Shown piece after piece: positions 13,849-29,051 of a stretch of 64,000 nt of DNA (position 1 is the stretch's first letter; each line of letters opens with the position of its first letter). The notes beneath the pieces were generated by a model. It had not been told where the DNA came from. It made no database searches and saw nothing but the letters and a program-made list of their open reading frames with translations. This stretch comes from the human T2T-CHM13v2.0 reference genome, Homo sapiens: assembly GCF_009914755.1 (NCBI RefSeq), contig NC_060927.1. One strand, written 5' to 3'. Position numbers and translations under genes: made by a program.

Positions 13849-15589
13849 TGGCTTAAAGGACCATTCAGCAAGTTTTTAAATGTATTTTCTATAATTTCCA
13901 TGTAGTTCTTTATATTTTCTATTTCTTATTTAAAACCTCTATTTTAGCTCGTTTCCTTTGACACTGCTCTGGCAGGGAAAGGGGTGGCACTGCCTCATTA
14001 CTGCCAGGTAGGGGTAGAAGTCCATTATCCACTTGGTCTCCATTGATACCCAAAGTGGGGAGAGGCTCCTGTTACTGCTGGTGAGGGTGGGAGTCCCCCC
14101 ACTAAGTTTCTGCTAATACTGTCCTGGTGGCTTGCTACTATTCCCATGAAGCCTCCACTGATACTACATTACTTTTGGGTGGTGGCAAATGTCCTGCCTC
14201 TCCACTAGCCCTCCTGCTCTAAAACAACCCGAGTAGGGAGTGGGAAGGAAGCTTTGTTACTGCTAGGTGGGAGCTGAAGTCCAGACTTGCCACATTGTCC
14301 CACTGATGCTACAGGGAGGAGGAAGCGGGCCACATTACTGCCTGATAGGGATGAAAGCCCCAGCTCCCTACCTGGCCTTCGCTGATACCAGCCTGCTACA
14401 GGAGTGAAGAGAGATTTGAAGGCCTCAATATAGCCTGTCGAGGGTGGAAGTCTTGCTCCCAATGGGCCTTTAGCAGCATGGGTGGGTGTGGGGCCATAGC
14501 TGTCTCTGTACTGCTTGGCTAGAGTGGAGTATTTGAGGTCCAAAAGTTTTCTGTCTTTCTAGCCCTTTGGTTAGAAAGAGCAGACTTTTGTTGGAAGTAT
14601 TTTTTTGTGTTTACCTGTTGTATTTCCAGGTTCCTAGCTTCTCCAGCACAGTCTGGGATGTGTGAGACACAGAGAAAATCCAGTGATGTTACTACCGTAT
14701 GGTTTCTTGGGTCCCAACGTCTCTAGCTAATCTGCTCCACCTTTTGGAGTTTTCTTATTTGTTTTAGATCAGGGATTTAGTCATATTTAATAGGAGAAAT
14801 ATGGAAAAATACTTCTACTCTATCTTCCTGGAAGTTCCTGTTTATTTTTTATGTCCTTTTCCTCTGGCTAGACCGTAAGAGACTTACGAAACAAACACTT
14901 ACACATTCTACTAAACTCAATGTCCAAAGTTTGTGAACTTCTTGAATATTGCTTGTTCATTTCCACCCCCAGTCACTGACTGAATCTCCCTGCTGTCTGT
15001 CTACAATGCCAATGAGCTTCTGGTTAACTTCTTCTCATGCATGCTTAGGCAACAACTTCCCAGTTTTACTACACTTGCCCATCCCTAGTTTTGTTGTTGC
15101 TTAATCCCTTGGCCTAGTGCCACCATACTCCTCCAGCAGAGCAACCAATTCTTACATTATAGGACAGCACATATCCACTAAAAACAGTTCATGCCACACC
15201 AACCACATTTCCCTTTGTCAACAAAATTACTCGATAGATAATTCCAGGAATGCCTGATGAAGCTGATTGACAACAAGATATTTGGCAGACTCTCTGCTGC
15301 CTATACATACCTTAGCATGTGGAACTCAAGTAATGAGAGGTCCATTTAATTGGATTGAATTGGGTTGGATAGGATTGGATTGAATCCTGTGGGATGGCTA
15401 GGCTAAATTAGAAATGAAGACTAGTTTAACAGCAGTATCCAAGGATAGTTGACTAATGAGTTAATTTTACTCTCAAAGACAGTCTTTAGTAGTAAGCTGT
15501 AATGCATTATATCAAACTATTTTCCAGTCAATGATTTATCAGTTACTTGAATAAGGATGCTAAAGATGTGCCTTATTGAAATGGCAATT

Positions 15590-17850
15590 AGCACAAAGTT
15601 GGGAATGAAATCTAATTAGTTAAATAACAGAATCACATAAAAAAGGACTTGAATAAATGTAGCATCCTACCATGTTCCTGGATAGAAAGACTGCTATCGT
15701 AAAGATATTCATTCTCCTCAGGTTAAATTATAAACTCAATGCAATTCAACAGGATTTTAAAAAACTAGACAAAGTGATTCCAAGTTTACGTGGAAAATAA
15801 AATGTGGGGACCAAACAATATTTGAAAAAGAAAGAGAATAAAATCTCATCCTTCCAGATACCACAATGTATTATAAAGCAATAGTAATTAACATGAGGGC
15901 AGAAATGAGCAAGCAAGTGAACAAAATAAGACAGATAGTCACAGGAAACTCATATATTTATAGGTGCTTTGCGTATAATGAAGATGGTCCTTCAAATCAG
16001 TTGGGAAAAGATGGGTTATTCAATAAATGGTGTTGGGTAAAATTGGTTATACATTGGTGAGAAATAAAGTGAAACTCCTACTTTGTATCATATGCAAAAA
16101 ATAGATTCCAGACAGATGAAATATTTAAATGTAAAAAATAAAATTCTAAAACTACTAGAAAAAAAAGAAGAATATTTTTATTCCTTTGAAATAGAAAAGG
16201 TCTTACTAAGCAAAACACAGAAGTAATAAATGAATAAATGAAGACAAATATGATAAAAATAAGTTAAAAATATAAGCAATCTTTCTTTGTTTTTTTTTCA
16301 CCTTTCCTAGAAAAAAATATATAGGCAACTTGTTAAGCAAGGTAGATTACAAGAAAATATTTACAACATTTGACAGGCCACAGATTATTATCCAGCCTCA
16401 TCTGATAAGAAAACTTCAACATAAAGATATCTGTTTTTTTTCTTATAAGGTTCCTCAAAGTGAGCCAATCACTTCTTAAGCTGAACAAAAAACAAAACAG
16501 AAGTGATCTTTTCCAATAATGAAAACAAACATTGACAGAGCAGCTGTAGGATCCTTTCAGGCAAATTATGAAAAGGTGCCCTTTCTCAGAAACCACAGTT
16601 ACCATTCAGCTTTGTGACCAGAGGTTTGACTGTACCCTAGTCCCTACTAGCAACCCAACCACATAACCAACTTCAAAGGTCCTGAATGACTGTGTTGTAC
16701 TTAATGGCAGATGATCTATCTCCCATTTTTGTCCTAAGGATTTTCCAAGATAATATATTTCTGCATTTGTTTTGCTTTTACTTCACTCCAAATTGAAATC
16801 TATTTGTGGGATAAGACTAAAGAAATGCTTATAGGAAAATTGATAGCACCAAATTCCTATCTTAAAAAATGAAAAAGGTTTCAAATCAATGACCTCAGCT
16901 TTTACTTTAAGAAAATAGAAAAAGCAGGATAAGCTAAAGCCAAAGTAAACAGAAGAAAGGAAATTATAAAGATAAGAGCAGAAATCAATGAATAGAAAAC
17001 AAAAGAAAAAAATCAAACCAAACAGCTGATTCTTTAAGCAGATCTATAAAATTGATAAAACTCTAGCCAGATTGATCAAGTAAAAAAGAGAGAAGACACA
17101 AATTACCAGTATTAAGAATGAGAGAGGCAATATCACTACAGATCCTACAGATATAAAAAGTATAAGGGCATACTTTGAATAATTTTATGACTATAAATTA
17201 GGCAACTTAGATAAAACAAATTTCTTGAAAGACACAAACAACCAAAGCTCACCTAAAATACTCACAAATTGAATAGTCTTATAGCTATTACAAAATTGAG
17301 GCCAGGCGCAGTGGCTCAAGCCTTTAATCCCAGCACTTTGGGAGGGCTAGGAAGGCGGATCACGAGGTCAGGAGTTTGAGACCAGCCTGACTAACATGGT
17401 GAAACCCTGTCTCTACTAAAAATACAAAAATTAGCCAGGCTTGGTGGTGCGTGCCTGTAATCCCATCTACTCAGGAGACTGAGGCAGGAGAATTGCTTGA
17501 ACCTGGGAGGCAAAGTTGTGGTGAGCCGAGATCGCACCACTGCACTTCAGCCTGGGCAACAGAACAAGACTCCGTCTCAAAAAAAAAAAAAAAAAAAAAA
17601 ATTGAAATTATAGTTAAAAGTCTTCCCACAAAGCAAACTCTAGACCCAGATGGCTTCAATGGTAAATTCTACTGGACAATCAAACAGGAAACAGTAATAA
17701 TTCTCCACAATGTCTTTCATAAAATTGATGTGGAGGAGATACTCTCCAACTCATTCTATGAAACTAGCATTACCCTGATACCAAAATCATACAGAGACAG
17801 TGTAGGAAAACAACAGATCAGTATCCTTCATGAACATAAATGAAGTACAA
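15590..17850 (+). mobile_element. L1 ORF2 fragments (two pieces, one with an Alu insertion)
   Basis: KTLARLIK..REKTQIT..KNERGNITTDPT; [10 protein letters not shown]...NSFYETSITLIPK. Confidence 0.75.
17300..17600 (+). mobile_element. Alu
   Basis: ggccaggcgcagtggctca start, poly-A, TSD aaaattga. Confidence 0.9.
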
Positions 17851-18790
17851 TGCAGTCTTATGCATAAATCAGAGCTTCATTGTTCTACAGATAAGGTAAT
17901 GTAGGATTGTTGGTTGCCCCTCCAGGTCTGTTAAATTCACCTCCTTCCCCACAGAGCATCCTTCTTAAGGACAGGGAGCCTCAATATGTCAGTCCTCACA
18001 GCACCTCCCTCAGTCTTCAGCACTTACCAGCTCATCACCACAACCGATACCACATTGGATAATTTCATGAATTACTTTAGAGCAAATGCAAGAGAAAAAA
18101 TGGATTTTTATATAGGAGAAGAAGGAGGAAATTCTTGTGGATTTGGTACAGAATAGGGCCAAGGGAAAATTACAGATGTAAAAAGAAAAGTGTGTGAAAT
18201 AGTATCCTTAGTGCTCACAAATACAATGATTTCATTGTTTTTAAAAATAAAAAATGACAAATGTCTAATGCTTGGTGGTAATGCTTTATTGAATGTGTGT
18301 TATACACTGGTTCCTCATTCCTGAAGTTAGAAATAATACCTTCCTCTTTTCATTTGGTTATGTTTGCTGAAACAAATCAAAGGCTGAGATTGAAACACAT
18401 GCTACTTCAGGTGGATGACCTTACTACTAAGCTCATCACAACAGCACTTACAGCTGAAGACCCCAGAGTCCTACCTAACTTTTGTCACAACCCAGATTTT
18501 GGCCATGTAGTTCTGGGCCTTACCATTAAAGCAGACAGAAGTCAGAGGAATGACTCCTTTCCACTTGAAGTGAGCTGCAGGCTTCTAGGAAAGGCAAGAT
18601 GCACATTTCCCTCCTGTGGAGCATAAAGCCTTTGTAATTCAGGACTTAGGACCCATATGGATTTGAAATATTATGACATTGGAGCTGGAGTGGTTGGGGA
18701 CAACACCAGTAGTGTTATAGGCCATGGAATGTCAAAAGAACATGGAACCCTGTTAAAATCATTAAACATCAAAACTCTCCCCTCCTCTGG

Positions 18791-19130
18791 TGATATGGTT
18801 TGGCTGTGTCCCCATCCAAATCTCATCTTGAACTCCCATGTGTTGTGGGAGGCACCCAGTGGGAGGTAATTGAATCATGGGGGCAGGTCTTTCCCATGCT
18901 GTTTTCACGATACTGAATAAGTCTCACAAGATCTGATGGTTTTATAAAGGGGAGCTTCCCTGCACAAGCTCTCTTCTCTTGTCTGCCACCATGTGAGACA
19001 TGCCTTTCACCTTCCGCCATGATTGTGAGGCCTCCCCAACCGTGTGGAACTTTTAAGTTCATTAAACCTCTTCCTTTTGTAAATTGCTCAGTCTCAAATA
19101 TGTCTTTATCAGCAACGTGAAAACAGACTA
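18791..19130 (+). mobile_element. THE1 solo LTR (MaLR)
   Basis: Starts tgatatggtttggctgtgtcccc with a typical THE1 body. Confidence 0.85.
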
Positions 19131-20701
19131 TCTGATTTTCTGTGGGATGTGGATTATGACCATGGACAGAGCATAACTGGGACAGAGCTGGAAAAAATAT
19201 TAATTAGGTGCTTAAAAATATTTGTTAGAACTATCTTCATGAATGAGAATCAATCCTGTTTCCATGGTGATTCACCAGGCATCAATTCCAAGCATGCATG
19301 AATCAGAAAAGTCCTATCTTCTCTTAGTTATCATCCAGGACTCCAAGGAACCATAATTAGCCAACCTGTTCACATTTCCTTTTCATTCACTAGCCTCGAA
19401 GTTTCCAGGGGACAGGGACTCTGTCCTATTCATTTCTGTAACCTTACCACCTGACCCAGAATAGCTGTTCCCTGAAGATTTGGTGGATTATAAATGTGGA
19501 TGTCTTATTTCTTTGAAAGTGTGAGCTTCAGGTACTGATCACGTTATTCCAATTATCAATTTAGTATCTTTCTTCACCATTAAACTGTGAAATTCTTGAG
19601 GGAAGAACCTATGACTGATTTATCTCTGTAAACTCATGCCACCAGTATTCAAAATCACACCGAGCACATAGTAAACACTCAATGTTTGTTGAATGACTGA
19701 AGGAATGGATGAAAATGAACCTCCTTGCTTCTGACCAGTGGATGAGTTGCTTGGCCGTGTTCCTACAGCCTAGAGCTCATCCCCTAAAGCATCTGAAGTT
19801 ACCCATTAGTGCAATGGTTCTTGAACGCTGGTGTTGATCAGAATCATCTGGATGCCCAGGTTCTCTGAAATAAGATAGGGTCTAGGCATTTGTATTTTTA
19901 CCAAGGAGGTGTGATGGAGTCAGATGCAAGAAGGCTAGTTGAAGAAACCACATGAGAGTTTAGTGTAGTGTATTAGAAGACTGGTTTGGCTCTGTCGCTA
20001 GTGGCTACATCATCTTGCTCAAGTCATGCCAGTCTCAGGACCTCATTCAGTCTCTTCAGCTGTAATATGGGTGGGTTGCACCACATAACCAGAAAGATCC
20101 CTTCCAGCTCTACCCACTTACAACATGGTCAAATTTGGTCTGATTTTTTAAATCGTAGTACAATATATATGACATAAAATTCACCATTTTAGCCACTTTA
20201 AATGTACAATTCTGTAGCATTAACTACATTCACATTGTTGTGCAACCATCACTACCGTCTACTTCCAGAACTCTTCATCTTGCAAAACTGAACCTCTGTT
20301 GTCATTAGTCACTAACTATTCCTCTCCCCCCCTCCTTCTAGGCCCTGGCAATCACCATTCTACTTTCTGTCGCTATGAATTTGACTACTCTAGGTAACTT
20401 ATATAAGTGGAATCACAGCATTTGCCCTATTATGACTAGTTTAGTTCACTTAGCACAACCTCCTAAGGCTCAACCACATTTTAGCATGTGTCAGAATTTT
20501 CTTTGTTTTTAAGGCTGAATAATATTCTGTTGTATCTGTAAATAACATCTTTATTCATTTGTCCATCAACAGACTGTTGAGTTCCTCCCATCTTTTGACT
20601 ATTGTGAAAAATGCTGCTATGAACCTGAGTGTACAGACATCTGGTTGAGTACTGCTTTCAATTCATTGTTTATATGGATCATATGGTAATTTTATGTTTA
20701 A

Positions 20702-21214
<513 letters not shown>

Positions 21215-21807
21215 TGATATTGAGCATCTTTCAAGTGCTTATTGGCCATTTTCTTCTTTGGAGAAATGTCTATGCAAGTCCTTTGCTCATTTTTTAATCC
21301 AGTTGCTTTTTGTTATTCTTTTTGATTTGAAAGTGTTCTTTATACCTCTTGTATACTAATCCCTTATCAGATATGATTTATAAATATTTTCTTCTTTTCC
21401 ATGGATTGCCCTTTTTACTCTGTTGATAGTGTTCTTTGATACAAAATAATTTTTAATTTGAATGAAGCCCAATTAATCTATTTTTGTTTCTTTTGTTGCC
21501 TGTGCTTTTGGTGTCCTATCCAAGAAACTGTTGCCAAATCCAATGTCATAAAGCTTTTTCCCATGCTTCCTTCTAAGAGTTTTGCAGTTACAGCTCTTGT
21601 ATTTAGGTATTTGACTATTTTGAGTTAATTTTTGTACATCGTATAAAATAAGAATCCAATTTTTATTTTATTTTACTTTTTGTATGTGGATATCCAATTT
21701 CCCCACCACCATTCATTGAAAAGACTGTCCTTTTCCTATCGAATGGTCTTGGCACCCTGGTAAAACATAATTTGACCATATATGTGAGGGTTTATTTCTG
21801 GGCTCTC

Positions 21808-21886
21808 TATTCTATTCTATTCTATTCTATTCTATTCTATTCTATTCTATTCTATTCTATTCTATTCTATTCTATTCTATTCTATT
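21808..21886 (+). repeat. (TTCTA)n pentanucleotide microsatellite
   Basis: About 15 perfect units inside L1. Confidence 0.95.
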
Positions 21887-22846
21887 GGTCCCTATGTCTT
21901 TCTTTATTCTAGTACCACCATTTTGCTCATCATAACTTTGTAGTAAGTTTTGAAGTCAGGAATCGTAAGACCTCCAGCTTTGTTCATTTTCAAGGTTGTT
22001 TTGATTATTCAAGGTCCCTTGATAGTCCATATGAATTTCAGGATGGATTTTTCTATTTCTGCAAAAAAAAAAAAAAAAAAATCATTGAAATTTTTAAACA
22101 GATTGCATTAAATCTGTAGATTGTTTTGGGTAGTATTGACATTTAACAACATTAAATCTTCCAATCAATGAACTAGGCTATTTTTATTTATTTTTTCTGT
22201 TTCTTTGAGCTACTTTTGTAGTTTTCAGTGTATAAGTTTTTGCTACCTGGTTAGGTATACTTCTAAGTATTTTCTACTTTTTGATGCTATTGCACATTGA
22301 ATCGTTTTCTTAATTTGGCGGTAGCGGGGATTGTGCATTGTTAGTACATAAAAATGCAACTCATTTTTTGTGTGTTGATTTTGTATCCTGCAGCTTTAAC
22401 AAATTCATGTTAGTTCTAACAGACTTATTCTATGAATCATTAGGGTTTTCTACATAAAAGATCATGTCACCTACAAACAGAGATAATTTTACTCCACCCC
22501 TTCCCGTTGCAATGCCTTTTATGTCTTTTTCTTGCCTAATTGTTCTGGCTAAGACTTCCACTACCATGTTGAATAGAAGTGGTGAAAGTAGACATCCTTG
22601 TCTTGTTCCAATCTTAGAGCCAAAGCTTTCAGTCTTTCACGGCCTGAAAGACTTTGTAATATGTTCTCAAGGTTAAAGAACTTCAGAAGTTTTCTAAGCA
22701 AGAGACCATTTTATTAACTTAATTGGCAGCAATTCTGAGAGATTAGAATGAAAAGATAGAGGATAAGAAGTATCTGGCAGGTATAATATATTGAGTGTGC
22801 TGAATATACTTTTAGTTTTGTATAGGTGTTAAAAAATGGCAAAGGA

Positions 22847-23195
<349 letters not shown>

Positions 23196-26100
23196 TTAAT
23201 CAAAATTGACTGAACATTACGGAATGAAATGGTTTTTCCTTTACTCCAATTAACGACTTCACAAGAAGATTCCATCCTCGTTTATAAGATTAACCCAAAA
23301 CCAGCACTTAAAACCAGAAGCCTTGAAAGGATGGAGTTTGGGGACCCTTCTCATGTCTATTCCCAGAAGGGGGTCTTCTTCTGGGGTCCTGTCCCCTAAA
23401 GAGCTAGGCAAAAAGTATGCTTGCCACATCTGTTGAAAGATAGAAAGTTGGTCTAAAAATACATGAGAGGGAACTGAAACATTTCAGAGAAGGCAAGACT
23501 CAGAAGTAAGAAACCAAAAGAGGAAGGTAAAATTCTAGTTACAAAGAAAAGAGGAATGGAAATTAAATTGTCTTAAAGAGAAAATCCAGAACTGCCCCCT
23601 CTTCCCTTACTACTCCATCAAAAAAGGGGAAAAATAGTCAATGGGAAAGTTTTGAGAAAAATAGATCTCTGCATTCTTCTGGTTGAGAATTCAGACAACT
23701 TGAACTAGAGAGCTGGGTAATTTCTTGACTAAAGGTGTGTTAGATCTGAAAGGGTTTTTCTTAAAATTGTCTGTGTTCATCCCTCCCATCTTAGAGAGGA
23801 ACACAGGATAAGAGACCTCTGGAGCTCCCCCAGGGTCACCGAGCTAATAGGATCAGAGACAAAGCTACAAAGTCATTTTCTGACATCTCTCCAGGGCTTT
23901 TTCTGGACCCCCCATATCAACATGATGTATTTATTACATTGGATTAGCAACTCTCCTTGAGCTTTCCTCAGTACCAGGTTTACATCTCAGTCTGTGGGTC
24001 TCAGAGAAAGTACCCAATCAGCAGCAACATTACCTGGAAACTCATCAGAAGTGCCCCTCCTCAGCCCCACCCCAGATCTATGCAATCAGAAACTCTGGAA
24101 ATGCAGGCCAGTCCTAACAAGCCCACCAGGGAATTCTGGTGCACTAAGGTTTGAGATCCACTGATCAAAGAAATAATATTCCTTTTCTTCATTATAATAG
24201 CATGAATAATAACTAACATGTATTTCACAATTTACAAAAGAGCTTTATGCTCTTGTTAAATTTGAGGGTAGTCTTCTCAAAATCTCTGTGAGGCTTGAAA
24301 GTCAGATATTGAAACACCTGTTTTATGGGTTCAAAGATAGGTTCAAAAGAGAGTAAATGATTGTTGGGGTGGCAGGTCCAGAGAGGGCAGGATCAAAACT
24401 GCAATTGAGTCTTCTGCCTTATAAACCAGCATAGCTTCCCCAAGGCACGTCACTTCTCGATAAAATGGTGACAACTAGAGTGTCCTTTCAGATCATTCTT
24501 AGAAGCATGGAGTGCTAGGTCAATTGTGTAATTGATGAGGAAATAATAATACTAAGAACTCCCATCTTCTATGTCCTTATATACAATCCTGTCAGGTAGA
24601 AGCTGAGTCTCAGAGAGAACAAGTTGCCCTCCCAGGACCACCAGGTAAGCTCGGCATAGCTGTGCTTAGAATGTAGGCTGTCTGGCTTCTGGGCTTGCCT
24701 GCCCAGGGAGGCTTTGTGGGTTCTACTTGGTCATCCAGATCACAGAGGGGCAGCACTGACTCCTACCCAGTGCTCTTGACTGTACAACTAATACTTTCTA
24801 CTAAGAAAACCCCTTCTCTTTAGACCAATGGTTTTCAAATCTTGGTGTGCATTGGAATCACCTGGAAAGCTTGTTAAAACACAGATTGTCCCACCCCAAG
24901 AGTTTCTGATTCTGTAGGCTGGGGTGGGGACCCATGAAAGTGCATTTCTAATAAGGTCCCAAGTGATGCTGATGCCACCAGTGTGTGGACAACGCTTTGA
25001 GTGGTGAAGCTCTGGACACCCTAATTTGCAAGGCTAATCAGGCATATGTGGCAAATGAATAAGAACTGAAATTCTGACTCCAATATCTTCACTGATATTC
25101 CTAATCCATAGCATACACACAGTCCCATTCGTTTCCCTTTTAGCTTTTAATCTACATTTATCCTTTCTTCCTCTGCCACTGCCTTCTCTCCAGTTAGCTC
25201 AAACCAGGTAACACATAACCGCCTCCTAACTCATCCGCCCAGTTGGTTTCTTTGGCTTTAATCTAGACTTCTTATCTCCACCAGATTTGCCTTACCAAAG
25301 CACCAATTTCTTAAGGCAGGGTTAGAATTAAAAATCTTCTGTTCCTCCTCATTGCCTAAAACTCCTAAACTTATGATTCAAGGTCTTCCATGACCTTCAT
25401 GGACCAGTCTAACGTTTTAGCCTGTCCTAAGTGACATGCCTCCACCACATACTTCATGCTTTCCACTTTCTTTCTCCATGTCTTTGTTCATGCATTTCCA
25501 TTTCTTCTACCTGCGATGTCCTCCTTCGCCATCTCTGTAGATTTAAAAATCCTACAGGGCTCATCTCAAATGCCCTTTCCTTCATGAAGCCTTTCATGAA
25601 ATCCCCATCGAGAGGTTTTCCCTCCTCTCAGCTCTCCAAAGCACAGATGTCTGCGTTTGTGGCTATTATCTTACGTTGTTTTGTATTAAAATTTCTCCAG
25701 CTTTACACATTTGTCATCCTCTTAAGGACAAACATCTTATTATGGTCAATGTGAAGCTATAGAGGATAATTTAATGAAATATTCCAAGGGCTAGTCATTA
25801 CACATGACTGATTTATCTCTGTAAACTCATCCACACTCATCCACCTGATTTTGATTGGCCAAGTTAATGAATCAGAGAGGAAAAGATGGTAAAAATATAA
25901 TAAAAATCTCCTAGGTAGTCTCACATCCCCCAGAGCCCCAGGTAATGAAATGAGGCCCTGAGATAATACTTTATGAACAATAAAACTCCGGGTTCTATTG
26001 ACAGTGAAGCAAGACCTGAGAGAGAAGGCTAAATTCCCTTGTGTCTAGCTGCCACAATCTTCTGAGAATAATGGCCTTTCTTCCCGTCTGCCTTCTGAAT

Positions 26101-26697
26101 CATAGGCAAATTTTTCTCTTTGGTGATCCCTAATACAGAAAGGGGAAGTCAAATAAAATATATACAAGAAGAAGGATTCTGGGAGACAGAGTTTCTTGAT
26201 TCCCTTCTGCATGCTCCTCCTCAAAAGCCTTTATGAGCTTACCTTACATTTAAATTCTTTTAAACAAGGCATTATGTGGTCTGGTCTTTTCCAGCTCCAC
26301 ACACCTTCACACTACATTCCCCCCAGCTAATTCTGCTCTGGGAACACTGACCTTCTTTTAGTTCTTTGAACACATTGATTTCTGGTCAAGATGACTCAGT
26401 AACTTCAACCTTTGTTGTGCCCTTGGTGCTGTGAAGATATAGATATATATTAACCACTGCACACCAGAAATCAGAAATAGCACAACAGAGAATAAAGTCA
26501 TTGAGCCATCTTCTGAGCTCCAAAAGACAAATTTTCTCCAAAAAGACAAATTCAGGCTCTAAAACAATACCTTAAGGAACCAGAAGTGGAATAGAAAATT
26601 AAGGTGGTAAGCAGGGCTAAACCACATGCCTGTTGAGCCCAGGTTTGGAAGAAGGCAATGGCAGGTAGGAATGTGGTTTCTGATGGGTAATAGGTAC

Positions 26698-27136
26698 TGT
26701 TTTCATTTATTTTCTGTTGCTTATAACAGAATATCTGAAACTGGGTGCTTTATAAAGAAAAGGAATTTATGTCTTGCAGTTAGGGAAACTGAGAAGTCAA
26801 AAGTTGAGGGCTGCAATTGACAAGTGCCTTCTTGCTGGTGGGGATACTCTGAAGAGTCTTGAGGTGGTATCGGGCATACCACTCTCAGTGAGGGGACTGA
26901 GCATACTAGGTCAGGTCTTTCTTCCTCCTTTTATAAAGCTATCAGTCCCACTCTTATGATAACCCATTAATCCATTAACTGATTAGCCAATTAATCCATG
27001 AATGGATTAATTCATTCATGAGGGCAGAGCCTTCCTGACCCAAACACCTCTTAAAGACTCCACCTCTCAATACTGCCACATGGGGGATTAAATTTCAGCA
27101 TGAGTTTTTGATGAGACAAATATTCCAATGATAGCA
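26698..27136 (-). mobile_element. MST-type (MSTC-like) MaLR LTR
   Basis: Contains ctgaaactgggt..tttataaagaaaagg, catgagggcagagcc, and ends atagca. Confidence 0.7.
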
Positions 27137-27529
27137 GTTATTAAAAGTACATGCTTGAGAGAAGGGGATTGGAGTCAGCCTCAGTGCTTAAACTCAAAAG
27201 CTAGGATGAGGCTCTAACACTCCTGAAAGAAGGAGTTGCTGCTGGCTCCTTACCAGGGCTATATCTTTTACAGAGCAGCAGACCTAAAGAGGCAGGAGGA
27301 CCCGGACATCGTTTGGAAACCAAGCACTAAAACAGGCCACCTGTTATACCCCCAATATCCTCTCAGGACAAGTGTTTTGAACCACTCACACAAGGCCTAG
27401 TCTGGGCAAGTGGGCTAGATGAAGAAACCACAAAATAGCTAAGTGGGGAGAGAAAGACCAAAAATACTATTTTATTCAAAATGAAAATACAATCCAAAAT
27501 TCCATGATTCATGAAGAAATCAAATGGTA

Positions 27530-27832
27530 TGTGTTAGGTGGTTCTTGCATTGCTATAGAGAAATACCTGAGATTGGGTAATTTATAAAGAAAAGAAGTTT
27601 AATTGGCTCATAATTCTGCAGGCTTCACAGGAAGCATGGTGCTGGCATCTGCTCAGCTTCTGGAGAGGCCCCAAGAAGATTTGCTCAAGGCAGAAGGTTA
27701 AGGGAGAGCTGGCACATCACATGGTGAGAAAGGAAGCTAGAGAGAGAGTGCAGGGTGAGGTGCCACAAGTTACCACAGCCAGATCTCTTGAGAACTCACT
27801 TACTTTCATGAGGACAGCACCAAGCCATAAGG
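27530..27832 (-). mobile_element. MST-type MaLR LTR truncated by the LTR3 insertion
   Basis: MSTB-like sequence stops abruptly at caccaagccataagg|TGTAGGGAG. Confidence 0.75.
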
Positions 27833-28253
27833 TGTAGGGAGCCAAAGTCCCATGGGACATGACCAACTCAGCATTCCACTGGAGGCTATATGATCAAACA
27901 GCAAACTGTTTATCACGAATGCAGGATGTGAGCAAACTCACAACTGGTCCTGCCAACAGAAGGTTTGTTGGAGGCAATCACTCCCTGGTGCCTGAGGTAA
28001 TCTACTGCAACATCTAGAGAATGCAGTCTTGCAAGCCTACTCTGGACAGGGCAGCTGGCACCTTATTCCATCCCCCTTCTCACTATCTTTTTTTGCCTAA
28101 TAAATACAGAGGGCTGTGTAAAGCTCAGGGCCCTTGTCCACTAGAGGCAAGTTGCCCCCTGACCCCTTCTTCCAAATATACTCTTTTGTCTCTTGTCTTT
28201 TATTCTCACATTTGCCCCCTTTGTTCAGTTCCACTAGGTCCGTGCGGGTTATA
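27833..28253 (+). mobile_element. LTR3-type 5' LTR of HERV-K(HML-6)
   Basis: Starts TGTAGGGAGCC and contains gaccaactcagcattccactggaggctatatgatcaaacagc (recalled LTR3 consensus) and AATAAA near 28099. Followed by a degenerate Lys-type PBS TGGTGCCCTGAGCAG at 28257. Confidence 0.8.
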
Positions 28254-28612
28254 TACTGGTGCCCTGAGCAGCAACAGAATCAGGCTCTCAACAAGTGTCA
28301 TCCAAACATGGGACTTTGAGGACATGAACGAAGAAGGTCTGCTGGAGCAGAGGAACAGAAATTGACAAGGTGAACAGGGACCCTGGGACGAGTCTGCCAG
28401 CAGCGGATATAAGGTCAGTTACCTAAAGAGGTACTGATCAGTGCCCTAAAGAGATACTGGGAGCAGTGCTTTAAAGAAGTACTGGGAACGGGAAATTTTC
28501 TGAATCAGGGTAACAAGGGGAAGAATTTGTCTATTAAAGAAAAACATTATGTGCAGTTGCTTAAAGTTGTATTGGAACAGTCTGGAGCTTAGGTTAATTT
28601 GCAGACACTAAC

Positions 28613-29051
28613 TATCACATGCGTCCGTGTGAAGAGAGTCCACCAACAGGCTTTGTGTGGGCAATAAAGCTTTTTAATCACCTTGGTGCAGGCGGGCTGA
28701 GTCCAAAAAAGGAGTCAGCAAAGGGAGATAGAGGTGGGGCAGTTTTATAGGATTTGGGTAGGTAGTGGAAAGTTACAGTTAAAAGTGGTTATCTCTTGTG
28801 GGCAGAGGCAGGGGTCACAAGGTGCTGGGTGGGGAAATCATGAGACCCTTTTTCTGGGACAGGAGTGTCACAAGGTCAATTGATCAGTTGGGGTGGGGCA
28901 GGAACAAATCGCAATGGTGGAATGTCATCACTTAAGGCAGGAACTGACTATTTCACTTCTTTTGTGGTTCTTCAGTTGTTTCGGGCCATCTGGATGTATA
29001 GTGCAGCTCACAGGGGATATGATGGCTTAGGTTGGGCTCAGAGACCTGACA
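28613..29051 (-). repeat. HERV-H 3' LTR (LTR7 family, possibly LTR7C)
   Basis: Direct repeat of 34295-34734 with about 45 differences counted by eye (~10%). Preceded on the - strand by a purine tract. Confidence 0.9.

Noticed and set aside
26518-26553. Short tandem duplication ctccaaaagacaaatt x2, and degenerate TTGGA repeats at ~15350-15385
   Set aside because: Ordinary slippage products with no further structure.
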